Assembly (NCBI GenBank): GCA_030167865.1
Contig: JALAGF010000951.1
Span: 1-61,021 of the forward strand
From: Craspedostauros australis
Lineage: Eukaryota
Direction: 5' to 3'
DNA: 61,021 nt
Under the pieces are notes generated by a model. The model searched no databases, was not told the DNA's origin, and saw nothing but the letters and a program-made list of their open reading frames with translations. The position numbers were made by a program, and so were the translations under genes. Position 1 is the first letter of the stretch; each line of letters starts with the position of its first letter. Positions 33,082 to 44,811 of this stretch are shown piece after piece.

Positions 33082-34614
33082 TTACCCTGCAAGGATCATC
33101 TTCGCGCGCTTCACAATCTCTTCACCCCACAGCCGCGATCCAAGGTCATCGGGATGCAACTGATCCGGCAGATGCTGCAGCTGCCCGTTGTCCTCGTTGA
33201 GAAATATGTTCGTCGCATCGAAGTACTGCAATCTGTCTGGAGTGCTGCGGGCCAAACACTCCAACCTCTCATTGATGTCGCGTATCTGCGTCATGAGCTT
33301 GTTATGTCGCGGCAGGATGGAATTGAGGACGATGGTGGCATCGGGCCGCAGCTGTTGCAGCTTCTGTACGATGGCAACAATGCCGGCCGTGACAGCGTCG
33401 GAAGAGCATTTCTGCGCGCCGAGATCGTTCGTGCCGATCAACAACCAAACGACCTTGGCTTGCAGGCTTTGGAATTGGTCGTGTTCGAGGCGGTACATCA
33501 GATTTGCGCACTGCGTCGTGCAGGAACACGTTCACGGTGGTGTGCGAAATGGCAGAATGGTTATGACATGCGACGTCAGACAAAGTATGTTGAGCGAGAG
33601 GCTTGCTGCAGTTTTCACGTTGAAGGGAGGTCAGACGATGCGGCGTGGAAGTCAACAACCACAGCAATGCCTCGCTCTTGCTCGTGCCTCTCTCCTATCA
33701 CATAGCATCACGTAGCAAAACAATATGACAAAACTCACCGTATCCGCTGCAATCCCCAAAACGATGCCGTCAATTTCACCACCGCCATCCCGCGTGAAGA
33801 GTTCGTTGTACACGACTGCATTGGGTTGATATTTGGGGATGGGTTGATGCATCCCGGTGCCCAACCAGTGCTCCGTGATTGAATCACCCAGCAATATCAC
33901 GTCAGCTGTCGCATTCGCGGCCATCTGCTGCGTGAATTGAAACGTCTCGTGCCACCTGGCGTTTTGGTCAGGGTGGCGGCTTGAATCCTGCTGCTCAGCG
34001 GCAATGGTGGGATTGGCGCAGTGGCAGAAGCGCGGCTGGTTGGCGCAGGATTTCAATTCGGGATCGGAACGGAAAGGTTGCAAGAACGCTTCGACCGATG
34101 GATTGAAGTAGGTCTCGATGCAGGCAGGGGATCCGCCATTGGAGTCGTTGTTGTTGTCGTTGTTGCTGTTGTTTGCAACGGCATTCACAACTGGTGTTGG
34201 AAGTTGCCCTGATTGCGACATTATCGGCAATGCCGTAGGTGCAGAAGTTGGTATGCTGGGCTCCAGCGCACTGCTGCCACCAAAGAATCCAAAAAGAAAT
34301 AGAAGCACCACCACCATCACCACGATGGTTATCATGAGAACGAAAGCGATCCTGCAGCATGACTTGCTCTCGGTCAATTGACGTCGGCGCGACAGCTGAT
34401 CCAGTCGTATTCGCACATCATCATCATCATCGCTGTCACCATCGTAGATCTGATTGTAACGTCGTTCGCGTAGCGACAGTCTCTTTGGCCTCGTTTGTTC
34501 CACCTCCAAGACCCCCTTGTTGGTTGTGGATGGATCCACAAGCGGTGCCATGTCCTCATTCTCGTCGTCATTGTTGGACGAGAAGCTGCTGTGGATTGAT
34601 TCTTGAGCAGACAT
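33082..34614 (-). CDS. SGNH/GDSL hydrolase, type II membrane protein, paralogue 2; intron 33511-33738
   Basis: GDSITEHW, GIAADT|CANL, LIGTNDLG and DQLHP. Transmembrane segment IAFVLMITIVVMVVVLLFLFGFF. GTGAGT/CAG intron. Confidence 0.92.
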
Positions 34615-34952
34615 GGTGGTGCGCTGCGCTTAGTGGCGGCGCGTCTGACTCGTACTCCTCTCTGCCTGCCTGCCTGCCTGCCTGTGATTGTATGGCACCA
34701 TGCATACCATATAAGTACGACCTGCTCTGGAGTAGTTGCCGATCCCCCCATGCGCATGAATGGGTCTCTCCTGCTTGATGTTCCATCATCGCCACTCATC
34801 ACCTCTCCCTCTCCCATCATCACGACGCCACCAAGAGCGCAGGATGGTCATTTTCCTCCTCTTCTTTCTCTGAGAAGAAGTCGAACAAGTCGAAGGCCGT
34901 GGACAAAAGATTCGTCGAGTCGTGGACAATGCGTGAAACAAAAGCGCACCTC

Positions 34953-36229
34953 TCATTCCGCAACGATCTCTCGCACACGTTGCACAATGCGGGCACCCCA
35001 CACGCGTGATCCTTCTGCTTCGGGATGCAGCTGATCCGGCATGTAGAGCGTTGCGTTTGGGAAGATGGTGGAGGCATCGAAGTACGCGCTGCCGGCGTAG
35101 CATTGCAATCGTCGATTGACGTCATGGATCTGCGGCATGAATTGCGGTTTGCGCGGCAGAAGGGAGTTGACGACGATGTGGGCGTTGGGTTGCAGACGTC
35201 GCAACTGTTCGACGATGGACAGGATTCCCGCCGTGGTAGCATCGGCCGAGCATTGGAGGAGACCCAGATCGTTCGTGCCGATCAGCAACCAGAATGCCTT
35301 GGTTTTGAGGCCTTGCAGCTGATCGTGCTCGAGACGGTAAGCGAGATTGGCGCACTGTACCATACGTCCAGGCAAAATATTGTATGTGTTTGTATTTGAA
35401 TCATTCCCTTCAATCGCATGTGAGATGAACATAGGCGAGAAGGAACGCACAAGACATGACGAGACGCACATTGCAAGAAAGCACACACACTCGTACGCAC
35501 CGTGTCCGCGGCAATGCCCAACGCCACACCGACGATCTCACCACCGCCTTCCTTCGTGAACAATTGCCGGAACACCTGTGCGTTGCCTCGGAACCGTGGC
35601 ATACGACGATTCATGCCGGTGCCCATCCAGTGTTCCGTGATGGAATCTCCCAGCAGGATGACATCGACCGTTCCGTATCGTCGCGTGGCATTCGCGGCAA
35701 TGTCTTTCGTGGCTTGAAAGGCGGCCTTCCATTGTTCGGCGTTGGCGCGTCGGTGTTTTGGGATGGTGGGGTTGATGCAGTTGCAGGCACCTGGGTTGAC
35801 GCAGGATCTCAGTTCCGGGTTGACGCGGAACGGCATCATGAAATCGTCGATGCTTTGATCGATCTGTTGCATGTGGCATGCGTCGGAATGACTGACGCTG
35901 CGTGCATCTCCATGGTGATTGGTTGCTGATGCGATCGGTTTATCGGCATCTGCATTCATAGCTTTCGCAACATCCTGCTGCTGCCAGCCAGATTGGTGGA
36001 TGGAAGCTGAGACCATGATGGCCGTGAGGAGCAGAACGGCCACAAAGCACTTGTGCATGTTGCAAGATTTGAACGGTGGTTGTGGTTCGAAGAAGTGCGC
36101 GTGTGAAGGATCGTGATGATCCATAACAGCCGTGGTTGATGTTGCGACGTTCACATGATGCGTTGCTTCTTGCAACGTATTGCTATGGCGGTGCTCCTTC
36201 TTGCGTCTGCGACCGAATTGTGGATTCAT
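34953..36229 (-). CDS. SGNH/GDSL hydrolase, type II membrane protein, paralogue 3; intron 35355-35500
   Basis: Start MNPQFGRRRKK is homologous to paralogue 1. GDSITEHW, GIAADT|CANL, LIGTNDLG and DQLHP. GTGCGT/CAG intron. Confidence 0.92.
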
Positions 36230-36847
36230 TGTTGACGTTGCCACGAGAATGATATTAGTACAGTATCGGAAGGCGATGAGAGCACGGCAAGACTGCAATA
36301 CTCCAAATGGATTGCCACATGCGCTCGGAGCCAAGAGAGAACGATGATGGCAACGACAATGTCAACAATGACGATACCAACAATAGGTAGATCCATCACG
36401 AACTGCAAGAGATCTTCTGCGATGTGACGTGATTTCGTCTTTGAACGGTAGCTCTACTGAAAAGTATCTCCGACAATTGGAGTTAAATAAGGGCAGCAGA
36501 AACCTCATTTTGAATACCTAATCAGACAATCGATTCTAGACAAGTATGCCGGCGGCCTCGAGTTGATGCACGGCAACGCACGACAGTGAGAATTGACGAT
36601 TCTGAAAGAGAAAATGGCTCCGCCCACAATGACAATCACGTCACACCACAACACGTCACAACGCATCACAACGCAACACATCACAACACAACACATAGCC
36701 GACCGAAGACGGTTGATCACATCACAAACAACATCATTCGGAGAGTCTCTTTGCGAAACGCAAGGATTCAACACCGCTTCAGAAACCTGCAGGAGAACTT
36801 GCACCACGTCTGCGACGATGCAACACCCACGAACGAGCAGCTTCAAC

Positions 36848-37141
36848 ATGATGTCGTTGGCAAGACTCGCGATCTTGGTTGCAGGCGTCGTTGCGCTGCA
36901 ATGCACATCCGCATTCCAGGCACCTCTTCCGAGATCGGTTGCAGCAACACGCAACAGCCATGTTGTTAGCACGTCCATGCTGTTAGCGCAGCGCGACGAC
37001 AGCAACGACAGCAACGACGGCACGAACCAGGTGGATTACGGCAAGGTCCTTGGGATGCTCTTCAATCCCGTGAATCCGTACGCGTGGTTCTTGTACTTCT
37101 TCATTGGGATCTTTGCGTATTCCGCGGTGGGTCCATCGTGA
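36848..37141 (+). CDS. Small, probably plastid-targeted membrane protein (97 aa)
   Basis: Signal peptide ends TSA|FQAP (ASAFAP-like), followed by a Ser/Thr/Arg transit peptide and a C-terminal hydrophobic segment NPVNPYAWFLYFFIGIFAY. Confidence 0.75.
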   Translation: MMSLARLAILVAGVVALQCTSAFQAPLPRSVAATRNSHVVSTSMLLAQRDDSNDSNDGTNQVDYGKVLGMLFNPVNPYAWFLYFFIGIFAYSAVGPS

Positions 37142-37811
37142 GCGGTGGCAGTGCGGTGCGATGCGATGTTGTGCAGTTCGGATGCGGAGAAGCGATGTGG
37201 GTGGAGTACTGATGCTTCCGCAGCACCTTCACGAGATCTGGCAGCTGTGATTGCAGAAGTCCGAGCGATGCAACGCAAGGGCATGTCAGGGGGGATGATT
37301 CAGTTGCAGAGGAAGCAGAAGGAGATTTGCCCGTGATTGGGCAACCGTGTCATCTCGACACGATCTTGTCAATGAAAGGGAGGAGCCGTGTGGAAGTTGA
37401 GGGAGACAAGCGTGCACTCTGTTGGAGAGCGCATTCGATTCGCTTGGACTTGATTGACACCTTGGCGCTTTCACAGTAATCTATTACACCAAGTTAGGAT
37501 AACACACATGCGAGTACACAACACAGACTATTGCTAGAGGAGATGATCGTTGTTGTTGTGTGTAATTGTGCTTCTATTTCTATTGGTTTGTTTGGCGTAA
37601 ATTGTTGGCTTCTGTGCGATCTATCTGGGGTGATTGGTATGTGATCAAAACTGGAGTATGTGCAGATGGGGAGCATGTGATTGCTGCCTCCCGATTGGCT
37701 GAATGGCTTGAATCATGGGAGTGTTCCTTCCCAAACCACGCCATCGTTGCGTGGAGTGAAAAGAGACGGCCGTCGCTTGCTTTGGTAAAACTGTGGAGCG
37801 AGTGTGCTGAT

Positions 37812-38063
37812 TTACATCTCGACGCACTTGCGTGGCATGACAGGGATGCTGTCCGTCTTGGATTGTGGAAATCTGCGGCATGGTGTCATGTCTTCATCTG
37901 CTGCGGCTGTCGACCATCGATCATCGTAGGAGTGATGCGATCGCGAGGCGTTCAACGTGATGCATGTGCTTGGTGACAGCGGCTGGACTCGGGCATTGTC
38001 GCTGATCAGGGAGACGTTCTCCATGGACACCTCCTTGAGGAGCTTGGAGAGGTATGGGCTCAT
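37812..38063 (-). CDS. Small hypothetical protein (83 aa) of the diatom 'SDNA...RW...P.R' low-complexity type
   Basis: MSPYLSKLLKEV...LISDNAR...DDRWS...PVMPRK, with a CA-rich 5' leader like those of neighbouring genes. Confidence 0.55.
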   Translation of the reverse strand: MSPYLSKLLKEVSMENVSLISDNARVQPLSPSTCITLNASRSHHSYDDRWSTAAADEDMTPCRRFPQSKTDSIPVMPRKCVEM

Positions 38064-39468
38064 TGATTGACACATGTTGATGATTGTATTGAAGAGGAGT
38101 GTATTGGTAGCTGGTGATTGTTGCTGTAGTTGTGGTTGCTGAGGTTGTGATCCTTTGCTTTTGTGATTGCAGAGAAATTATGAGCAGTTGATGTTTCGTG
38201 ATGAAAGAGAGAGAGTCGTTGTCGCGTTCTCGTGCTTGCTGGCATTGCGTGGTTGTGTCTCTTCTCACCCTTGTTTGTCACGCAATAACACGGTTGTGGC
38301 TGGTTTGCAAAGCAGCGAGATAGCGTGTGGGACAGGAGCGGGAGTTGCGCTCGGAAAGTTCGTGTTTGTCACGATTTCTGTCTACAGCATCATGACACCG
38401 CTACCTCTGGGGAAGCGGCATAGGAACATCTCAGCCCGCAGAGCGTTTTGGACAGACAAAACTGAGGCGCGATATGAAGTCTTTGCTGACCAGAGAATGC
38501 TCCGCGACATTTGGGTCGCTCGTTCTCCTCACGTTTCATTGGTGCGTGGAGAAACCGACAAGAAATAGTTCCACCGCATCAGAGAATGACCACCGAAGAA
38601 GGAACACGGAACCTTGTTCCTCTTGACCCAACCCGTATCCCGGGTTAATCCACCAAGCCATCTTCCGCATCAAGCCCTCAATCGCTCTTTGTCACGCTTC
38701 TTCACCTTCTGCGAATTGGGAGAGTACACTCTTTACCATCGTCCTCATCCGCCCTTTCCTCGAGGACCTTGGATCAAACTACATTCGTGAACGCGTTGGG
38801 CGTCTGCGAAGACATTCTACCTCTTCTATTGTCTTCTTTCCGTGAAAACAAATCCAAACTGCTCGACAACAGCAGTCTATGTGCTGGGAGAACTCTATCG
38901 GTTTCTGGAACGAGAAAGTCACTACCGTTTTTGACAATTCCCCCATGGGCCTTTTCCATCGAGCACGAGTATGAGGACCATTTCATGAAAACATGGAACT
39001 GGAAGATTAAGTATTTCGCCGACTGACGAAGATTCGGCGAGTTCGTCATGGTTGGAAGCGCAGGTCACAAACAAGCTGCACGTCTGATGTGGAAGCACGA
39101 AGAGTTGGAGAAGTCCAAGAACGAAACGGTACAGAATTGACTCCTTCGAATGACACTCCGGCCGAAGAAGTGAAGCAAACAAGAACATCGCGACGAACGA
39201 CGGTTTGTGCGGCGTTCTCGTTTCCACCATCAGCCAACAACTCCGACGCTTTGCGTCTTCCCATCTCCACACACGGTACCACGAATACAAGACCATGACC
39301 AGTCATCACCACTTGCCATCATCACCAGCCACCCTGCTGCGTACCCCGCACCCACACAAGTAACAACGAAAGAAGGAAAGAACTCAAGAACGCAAGGGAA
39401 CGACAGAAGCCAGAGAGAAGCAGCAAAGCGGGTGAGCAAGACGGTGCCACAAAGCGTCAAGGGACGCA

Positions 39469-40398
39469 ATGAAGGTCCATGGCGCTGTGAGCACCTTTCT
39501 CACGGTCTTTTCTGCATGCATCCTGCATTGCCTCGCCTTGGATGGTGCTTCTACATGGACTGCTTTGCAACGAGGGGCACCGCGACGCTACCTGACGAAC
39601 CATGGCTGCTGTGGACATGTGCCAATCCTGCATTGGCAGGACTCCCATCGGCAACACCGGCGGAGACATCAACATGAGAGTCATGCTCGCAGCTGCGGGC
39701 ATTCACGGATTCTGCGTCGGCCATCATTCCGTCCAAACGTCAAGCTCTTCGCTGATGTGAAGTCGCAGCAGCAAGATGGAGGCGATGAACCAACAGAAGA
39801 GTCTTCGCAAGCTGCAACGCAGCGATCTGCCACGACAGTCGACAGCAGCACCATCGACCAGGATTACCTCTACTTGGAACGATTCCGACGACGCCGACTC
39901 GACGTGGAACGCAAGGATTCCTGGATCCCTCCACCCGATGCGGCATTGGGACCCTGCGAATTCGTGCACTGCTTGCTCGTCGATCTCAAGACGCGCAGGA
40001 ACTGCCGCACGTTGATCGATTGCTCGACGCCATCGTGGCGCGATCTGCTTTGCCGATCCATCGCGGCGCCCATCGATACGACGGATGCCGTGTTGTCGAC
40101 GAAGCTGAAGCCGGTCCTGTGCCGCGCGACGAATCAGTTCGCGATCCTGCTGGATGCCGGGTGTCAGTTCGATACGGTCTTTCCCACGGAACCGTTGGAT
40201 TACGGTGACGGCAATGCGTGGGTCGAATGCCGGTTGCGGCACAAATCCAACGACGAGCTGCTCGTCGTGACGGGATGGGCTTTGCGACGGCGATCAAGCG
40301 ACGGTGCCTGGCTGGTGGATGGCCTCGATTGGCAAGACTTCCGTGAGGACTTTCGACCTGGCATTGGACGCGAGGAGTGGGAGAGGATCTGCGGATGA
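39469..40398 (+). CDS. Hypothetical protein (309 aa) with a signal/transit-like N-terminus
   Basis: Long ORF with coding-like composition and a globular-looking C-terminus ECRLR...GWALRRR.SDGAWLVDGLDWQDFREDFRPGIGREEW. Confidence 0.75.
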   Translation: MKVHGAVSTFLTVFSACILHCLALDGASTWTALQRGAPRRYLTNHGCCGHVPILHWQDSHRQHRRRHQHESHARSCGHSRILRRPSFRPNVKLFADVKSQQQDGGDEPTEESSQAATQRSATTVDSSTIDQDYLYLERFRRRRLDVERKDSWIPPPDAALGPCEFVHCLLVDLKTRRNCRTLIDCSTPSWRDLLCRSIAAPIDTTDAVLSTKLKPVLCRATNQFAILLDAGCQFDTVFPTEPLDYGDGNAWVECRLRHKSNDELLVVTGWALRRRSSDGAWLVDGLDWQDFREDFRPGIGREEWERICG

Positions 40399-40694
40399 TG
40401 GTCATGTTGTGGAAGAGAAATGGTTTTGTTCTGTGAAAAAGGTATCCTGTGGAAGGCAGTCAGGTCACGACATCAACTCATCCACGTCACACAACAAGTC
40501 AACAAACCAGCTCATTCGTCATTTGCGGAACATCAACGCAGAACATCAAGAGAAAGGACAGAGGATCAGCAACATCATTGAGCAACATCAGTTTAGACAA
40601 CGCTCACATCACATCACATCACAACACAACACTCGCATCCCACCACTACACATCACATACCAGCACAATACAGTACAGTGCAGTACAGTACATC

Positions 40695-41447
40695 ATGAAC
40701 GGACTATACGCAGTTGCTGGGGCCACAGGAGCCATCGGCCGCAGCCTCTGTCACAAGATCTTGGCGAACGGCGCCACGCCTCTCCTGATCGGTCGCAGCG
40801 CGGACAAGCTCTCCGCTCTCAATGACGAGCTCGGAGGCAGCTGTCCCGTCATCTCGGACGTCGACTTCTCATCGCCACAGGAAGCCGGCGCCAAGCTCAC
40901 GGCGGAGCTCAAGGGACAGAACCTCTCCGGGCTGGCCTACGCCGTCGGTTCCATCACGCTGAAGCCACTGCGCGGATGCAAACCAACGGACTTCGTCGAC
41001 AGCTACAACCTCAACGTCGTCGGAGCGGCCGAAGCAGTCAAGGCCTCGCTGAATGGCCTGAAGAAGGGCGGCAGCAAGGACCAGCCCTCGGCCGTCGTCT
41101 TCTTCTCCAGCATCGCGGCGCGCAGCGGATTGGCCAACCACGCCGTCATCGGTTCCAACAAAGCGGCCGTCGAAGGTCTCACCGTGTCGCTGGCGGCGGA
41201 ACTGTCGCCTGCCATCCGCGTCAACTGCGTCGCGCCCAGTCTCACCGGCGGCGGATCGGAGATGGCCAAGCCCATGACGGACAATGAGAAGATGGCCGAA
41301 GCTATCGCCAAGGCTCATCCGTTGCCGCGTTTGGGGAATCCCGACGATAGTGCGAACGCCGCCAGCTACTTGCTGTCCGCCAACAGCGCGTGGACGACGG
41401 GGTGCATCCTTCCCGTGGACGGTGGTCGGTCGTCGCTGTTGAAGTGA
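40695..41447 (+). CDS. Short-chain dehydrogenase/reductase, atypical (250 aa)
   Basis: AGATGAIG Rossmann motif, FSSIAA, KAAVEGL..SLAAELSPAIRVNCVAPSLT, HPL.RLG and TG.ILPVDGG. Confidence 0.93.
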   Translation: MNGLYAVAGATGAIGRSLCHKILANGATPLLIGRSADKLSALNDELGGSCPVISDVDFSSPQEAGAKLTAELKGQNLSGLAYAVGSITLKPLRGCKPTDFVDSYNLNVVGAAEAVKASLNGLKKGGSKDQPSAVVFFSSIAARSGLANHAVIGSNKAAVEGLTVSLAAELSPAIRVNCVAPSLTGGGSEMAKPMTDNEKMAEAIAKAHPLPRLGNPDDSANAASYLLSANSAWTTGCILPVDGGRSSLLK

Positions 41448-41673
41448 ATAGCATGCAGCATACTCGTACGCTGGTGCGATACGATGCTGTCCGAGACAGG
41501 AGTACGTAGAGCGGAGACCAGTAGTGCGGAAACTGTGGACGCACCAAAGGAGGCAGTGTTGCAGAACGCAACCGGTACGCCAACAAACCATCAACGAACA
41601 ACAACGCAAATCAGCTCAACTCAACTCAAATTAAGGCATGCGACGAACCCGTGTGTTATTATCATTATCGTGC

Positions 41674-44600
41674 TCAAATGGTATCGATTAGATGCAGTTT
41701 GGAATCCCTCGCACCAAACACGATCTTGTGGCATACCTCGGCTTCCACCGGGTTGGACCAGTTCTCGGCAGAGAATGCCCGATCCGAACGTAGGATCGTT
41801 CCGTCGACACTCGAAACGAACACCAGGTGCCCGCCTGTCGTGGCGACGAATACCTTGCCGTTTCTCAGCGACAGTGGCTTCGTGTAGATGGTGCTGTGGC
41901 ACGATACCGCCCACGAAATCGAACCATCTGGTTGAACGCAATGCAACGTGCCATCGTAGGAACCGACCAACACAGCAAGGCCATCGGCATGGCGTTCAGG
42001 TGCCGAGAGGGCGCAATCCGAGACTTTTGTCGTCATGATACACTCGCCGGTTTGGATGTCGATCCTATGCAGGCTGCCCCATGAATCCGCAGCAATCATG
42101 ATGCTGTTGTCCATCCCCAACATGTCGTTGTAGATGGGACCGACGGTGTATTGAAGGATTTCGGAGATCCGCAATTGTCCTTGGTTGTCCTCACAGCCGT
42201 CGGCGCTGTTGTCATCACGATTTTTCACAATCATGAGGCCACCGTCGTAGTCCGATACACCAAGGACGAGAACTTCAGCACCATTTCGCTGCCGTGCCAG
42301 AGGTGAGCATGATACGGGATGAGGGAGTTTAATGCAGCACTTGGTGTCCAAAGCGCCCGTCTCCACATCAATCTTCCTCAACTCATCGCCTGACACGACC
42401 CAGACTTCCTCTCCCTCTTCTCCTTGATCTCGTTCCCACAGTATCGGTGCTAGACGAATCTCTGGAATGCCATCCGACATTGTGCGTTGCCATTCGATGC
42501 GTTTCAGATCGGCTGAAAGTCGAGCAATCATTCCGCCGTTATCTGCAGTGATGGAATAACCACAGATCAAGATGGAATCACTGTTCGGAATGTGCGTCGG
42601 TCCAGCCTGCAATCGAAACTCCGGAAAGCAATGATGGGAAACCACTTTGGTGGTCGTGCAATCGATGAGGACGATCACGCCGCCTTGGCATACTGCATAC
42701 ACCATGCCATCACGAGTGCTGCCGTTTTCGCCCGTCGTCACAAGCGGCGTGGCATCGACGCAGGCCTGCATCTCGATCGTTGCATGCCGTTCGGATACCT
42801 TTTCACGTGGACTTGGCGTGTACCTCGCAATCGTTGCCAGTTCTTCTCGTTTTCTCCGCTTCGCCGGTTTGCTGCTGTCCATGGTTCCATTCCACATGGA
42901 CCGCAAATCGGAAAGACTGTCCATGGTCAAGATAGCCATGACCGTGATGGCCGTTGTGGGAGATTTGGACCTCAGCGAATAGAGCAATGCTATGGCAGTG
43001 GCGCTGTTGCCACCGAGATCTACGAACGATTGATTCATCGCAACGTGATCTGTTGGAATTTGCAAGATGATTGATACAATCTGCGCGAAAGATGAAGCCT
43101 CATCGATATCCCGTTGTGCGTCGCCCATCTGCTTGAGCTCTTGTCCCAACTCCGATCGAACGATCTGGCGAAGCTTGTCTCGATCAATCTTTGCGGCACC
43201 GCCGACCTTGCGTGGAATCGTGGAATGCCACACGACACGTCGTGGGATCCAGTTCCATGGTAGATTGTGTTGGCGTTGCATATTCTGACGCGAAAAGTCT
43301 TGAACGATGGAACGATCGCAACAGACAACGTACACCTCCTCATCGACAAGAACCGCGGCAGCCTCCACGGTCGCAGCCGTGGTGTGCTCCAAAAATGCCG
43401 CAAGAACTTGCTGCGGCGATGTCCAAACGCCGTTGCGCTTGATGACCTCATCGGTACGTCCTGTGATGTAGTACATCCCGTTGTGACAAAAGCCAACATC
43501 ACCCGTGCGAAACTCCGACATTGCTTGTACCGTGCCATCCATTCCAACGTACCCGTTGCACAAAGTCCCAGATACGATGACAAGCTCATCCGTCGCATCA
43601 TCGATGCGCAATCGATTGCCAGCGATAGGCTTGCCCACCGAGATGGTTTGGCGCATCATGGCTGTCGCTGCTGTCAACACCGCCGCACAACAATCGCCCG
43701 TGGACTCTGTCTGTCCGTAGAGGTTGATCAATTCGACAGTGGTGTCGCTGTTATAGTGTTGGAATCGTTGCCACACCTGCCGCGCACAGATCTCACCCGA
43801 TATCAAGATGCGTTGCAAGGCATGCTGCGTGCCGGTCGTCATGAATTGCGACAACTGGCTCGGCAGCATGAGGATTTGGGTGCACTGCGTTTGGCGAATG
43901 ATGTTGGCGATGTCGCCACCACCACCACCACCGTTGGAAGGAGGACTGGCCACGAGCAGAGATTCGGGTTGCAGGATCGCGTTCCATAGTTCGGTGATGC
44001 CATCAACGAAGGTGAGTTTGCTTCGTCGTGCGATTCTGGAGGATTGTGAGAATGTAGTTTGGAACCATGCGAGGCGTCGGATTGTGAATCGGTGCGACCC
44101 AACGACAGCCTTCGACGTGCTGGTCGTGCCAGATGTGAAGAGGATGTAGAGATCGTCGTTGGTGCTGTCATCATTGTTGTTGTTGTTGTTGTTGTTGAGT
44201 GAAAGAGGGGGAAGATCTTGCGGTACCGCGATCTGTTCTCGCATCGCGCCGGCACTGTCCAGATACAGGATGGAGTGCACATTGGCTTGCTGAAAGATGG
44301 ACAGGATGGGATCTTGATCATCCTTGCAGACCGTGATGGCGATGATGTTGCATGGCAGTGCATTGCCGTCGGATGCATGATCGCCGTACTTGCGCAACAA
44401 ATCCACGACGGGGTTCAACCGCCCCATGCTGTGCTGTTCCATGCACGAGGCGGGCACGAAGGGAATCTGTATCCTCATGCAGGCCAGGGTGGCCACAACT
44501 TCGGCAGCCGGCCATCCTTGACAGTCGACCAGCACGCAGCTCGGACGATACCGAAAGTGCATCTGGCGCGCCAGGGCTTTGGAATGTTCTTGCAGTTCGA

Positions 44601-44811
44601 AGTAGCAGTACGATCGCTGATGGTCGTCATTGGCGCTGGCATTGCCGCTATTGTGATCGCCACCAACGATTTCGATCGCATTCAAGTCGCCGATGGAGAA
44701 GCAGAGACGATCGAACTGCGTCACGATGGAATCAAGTTCATTGCCATCTTCGTCATTGCCGCTGCTGTTGCCCTTTCCGCCGCTATCGTCGGCATTGCTG
44801 TTATCGCTCAT
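41674..44811 (-). CDS. AASDH: AASDH/ACSF4-like NRPS-type enzyme: adenylation domain, carrier (PCP) domain, PQQ-like beta-propeller (about 1045 aa)
   Basis: A-domain motifs YILFTSGTTSTSK, NLYGQTE, FRTGDVG, GRTDEVIKRNG and KIDR. PCP motif FVDLGGNS. Propeller motifs CVDATPL, VGSYDGTLHC and FGARDSKLH. Confidence 0.88.
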   Translation of the reverse strand: MSDNSNADDSGGKGNSSGNDEDGNELDSIVTQFDRLCFSIGDLNAIEIVGGDHNSGNASANDDHQRSYCYFELQEHSKALARQMHFRYRPSCVLVDCQGWPAAEVVATLACMRIQIPFVPASCMEQHSMGRLNPVVDLLRKYGDHASDGNALPCNIIAITVCKDDQDPILSIFQQANVHSILYLDSAGAMREQIAVPQDLPPLSLNNNNNNNNDDSTNDDLYILFTSGTTSTSKAVVGSHRFTIRRLAWFQTTFSQSSRIARRSKLTFVDGITELWNAILQPESLLVASPPSNGGGGGGDIANIIRQTQCTQILMLPSQLSQFMTTGTQHALQRILISGEICARQVWQRFQHYNSDTTVELINLYGQTESTGDCCAAVLTAATAMMRQTISVGKPIAGNRLRIDDATDELVIVSGTLCNGYVGMDGTVQAMSEFRTGDVGFCHNGMYYITGRTDEVIKRNGVWTSPQQVLAAFLEHTTAATVEAAAVLVDEEVYVVCCDRSIVQDFSRQNMQRQHNLPWNWIPRRVVWHSTIPRKVGGAAKIDRDKLRQIVRSELGQELKQMGDAQRDIDEASSFAQIVSIILQIPTDHVAMNQSFVDLGGNSATAIALLYSLRSKSPTTAITVMAILTMDSLSDLRSMWNGTMDSSKPAKRRKREELATIARYTPSPREKVSERHATIEMQACVDATPLVTTGENGSTRDGMVYAVCQGGVIVLIDCTTTKVVSHHCFPEFRLQAGPTHIPNSDSILICGYSITADNGGMIARLSADLKRIEWQRTMSDGIPEIRLAPILWERDQGEEGEEVWVVSGDELRKIDVETGALDTKCCIKLPHPVSCSPLARQRNGAEVLVLGVSDYDGGLMIVKNRDDNSADGCEDNQGQLRISEILQYTVGPIYNDMLGMDNSIMIAADSWGSLHRIDIQTGECIMTTKVSDCALSAPERHADGLAVLVGSYDGTLHCVQPDGSISWAVSCHSTIYTKPLSLRNGKVFVATTGGHLVFVSSVDGTILRSDRAFSAENWSNPVEAEVCHKIVFGARDSKLHLIDTI

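Noticed and set aside
38586-39300. Possible pseudogene remnant
   Set aside because: Fragments look coding-like but cannot be assigned or joined with confidence.
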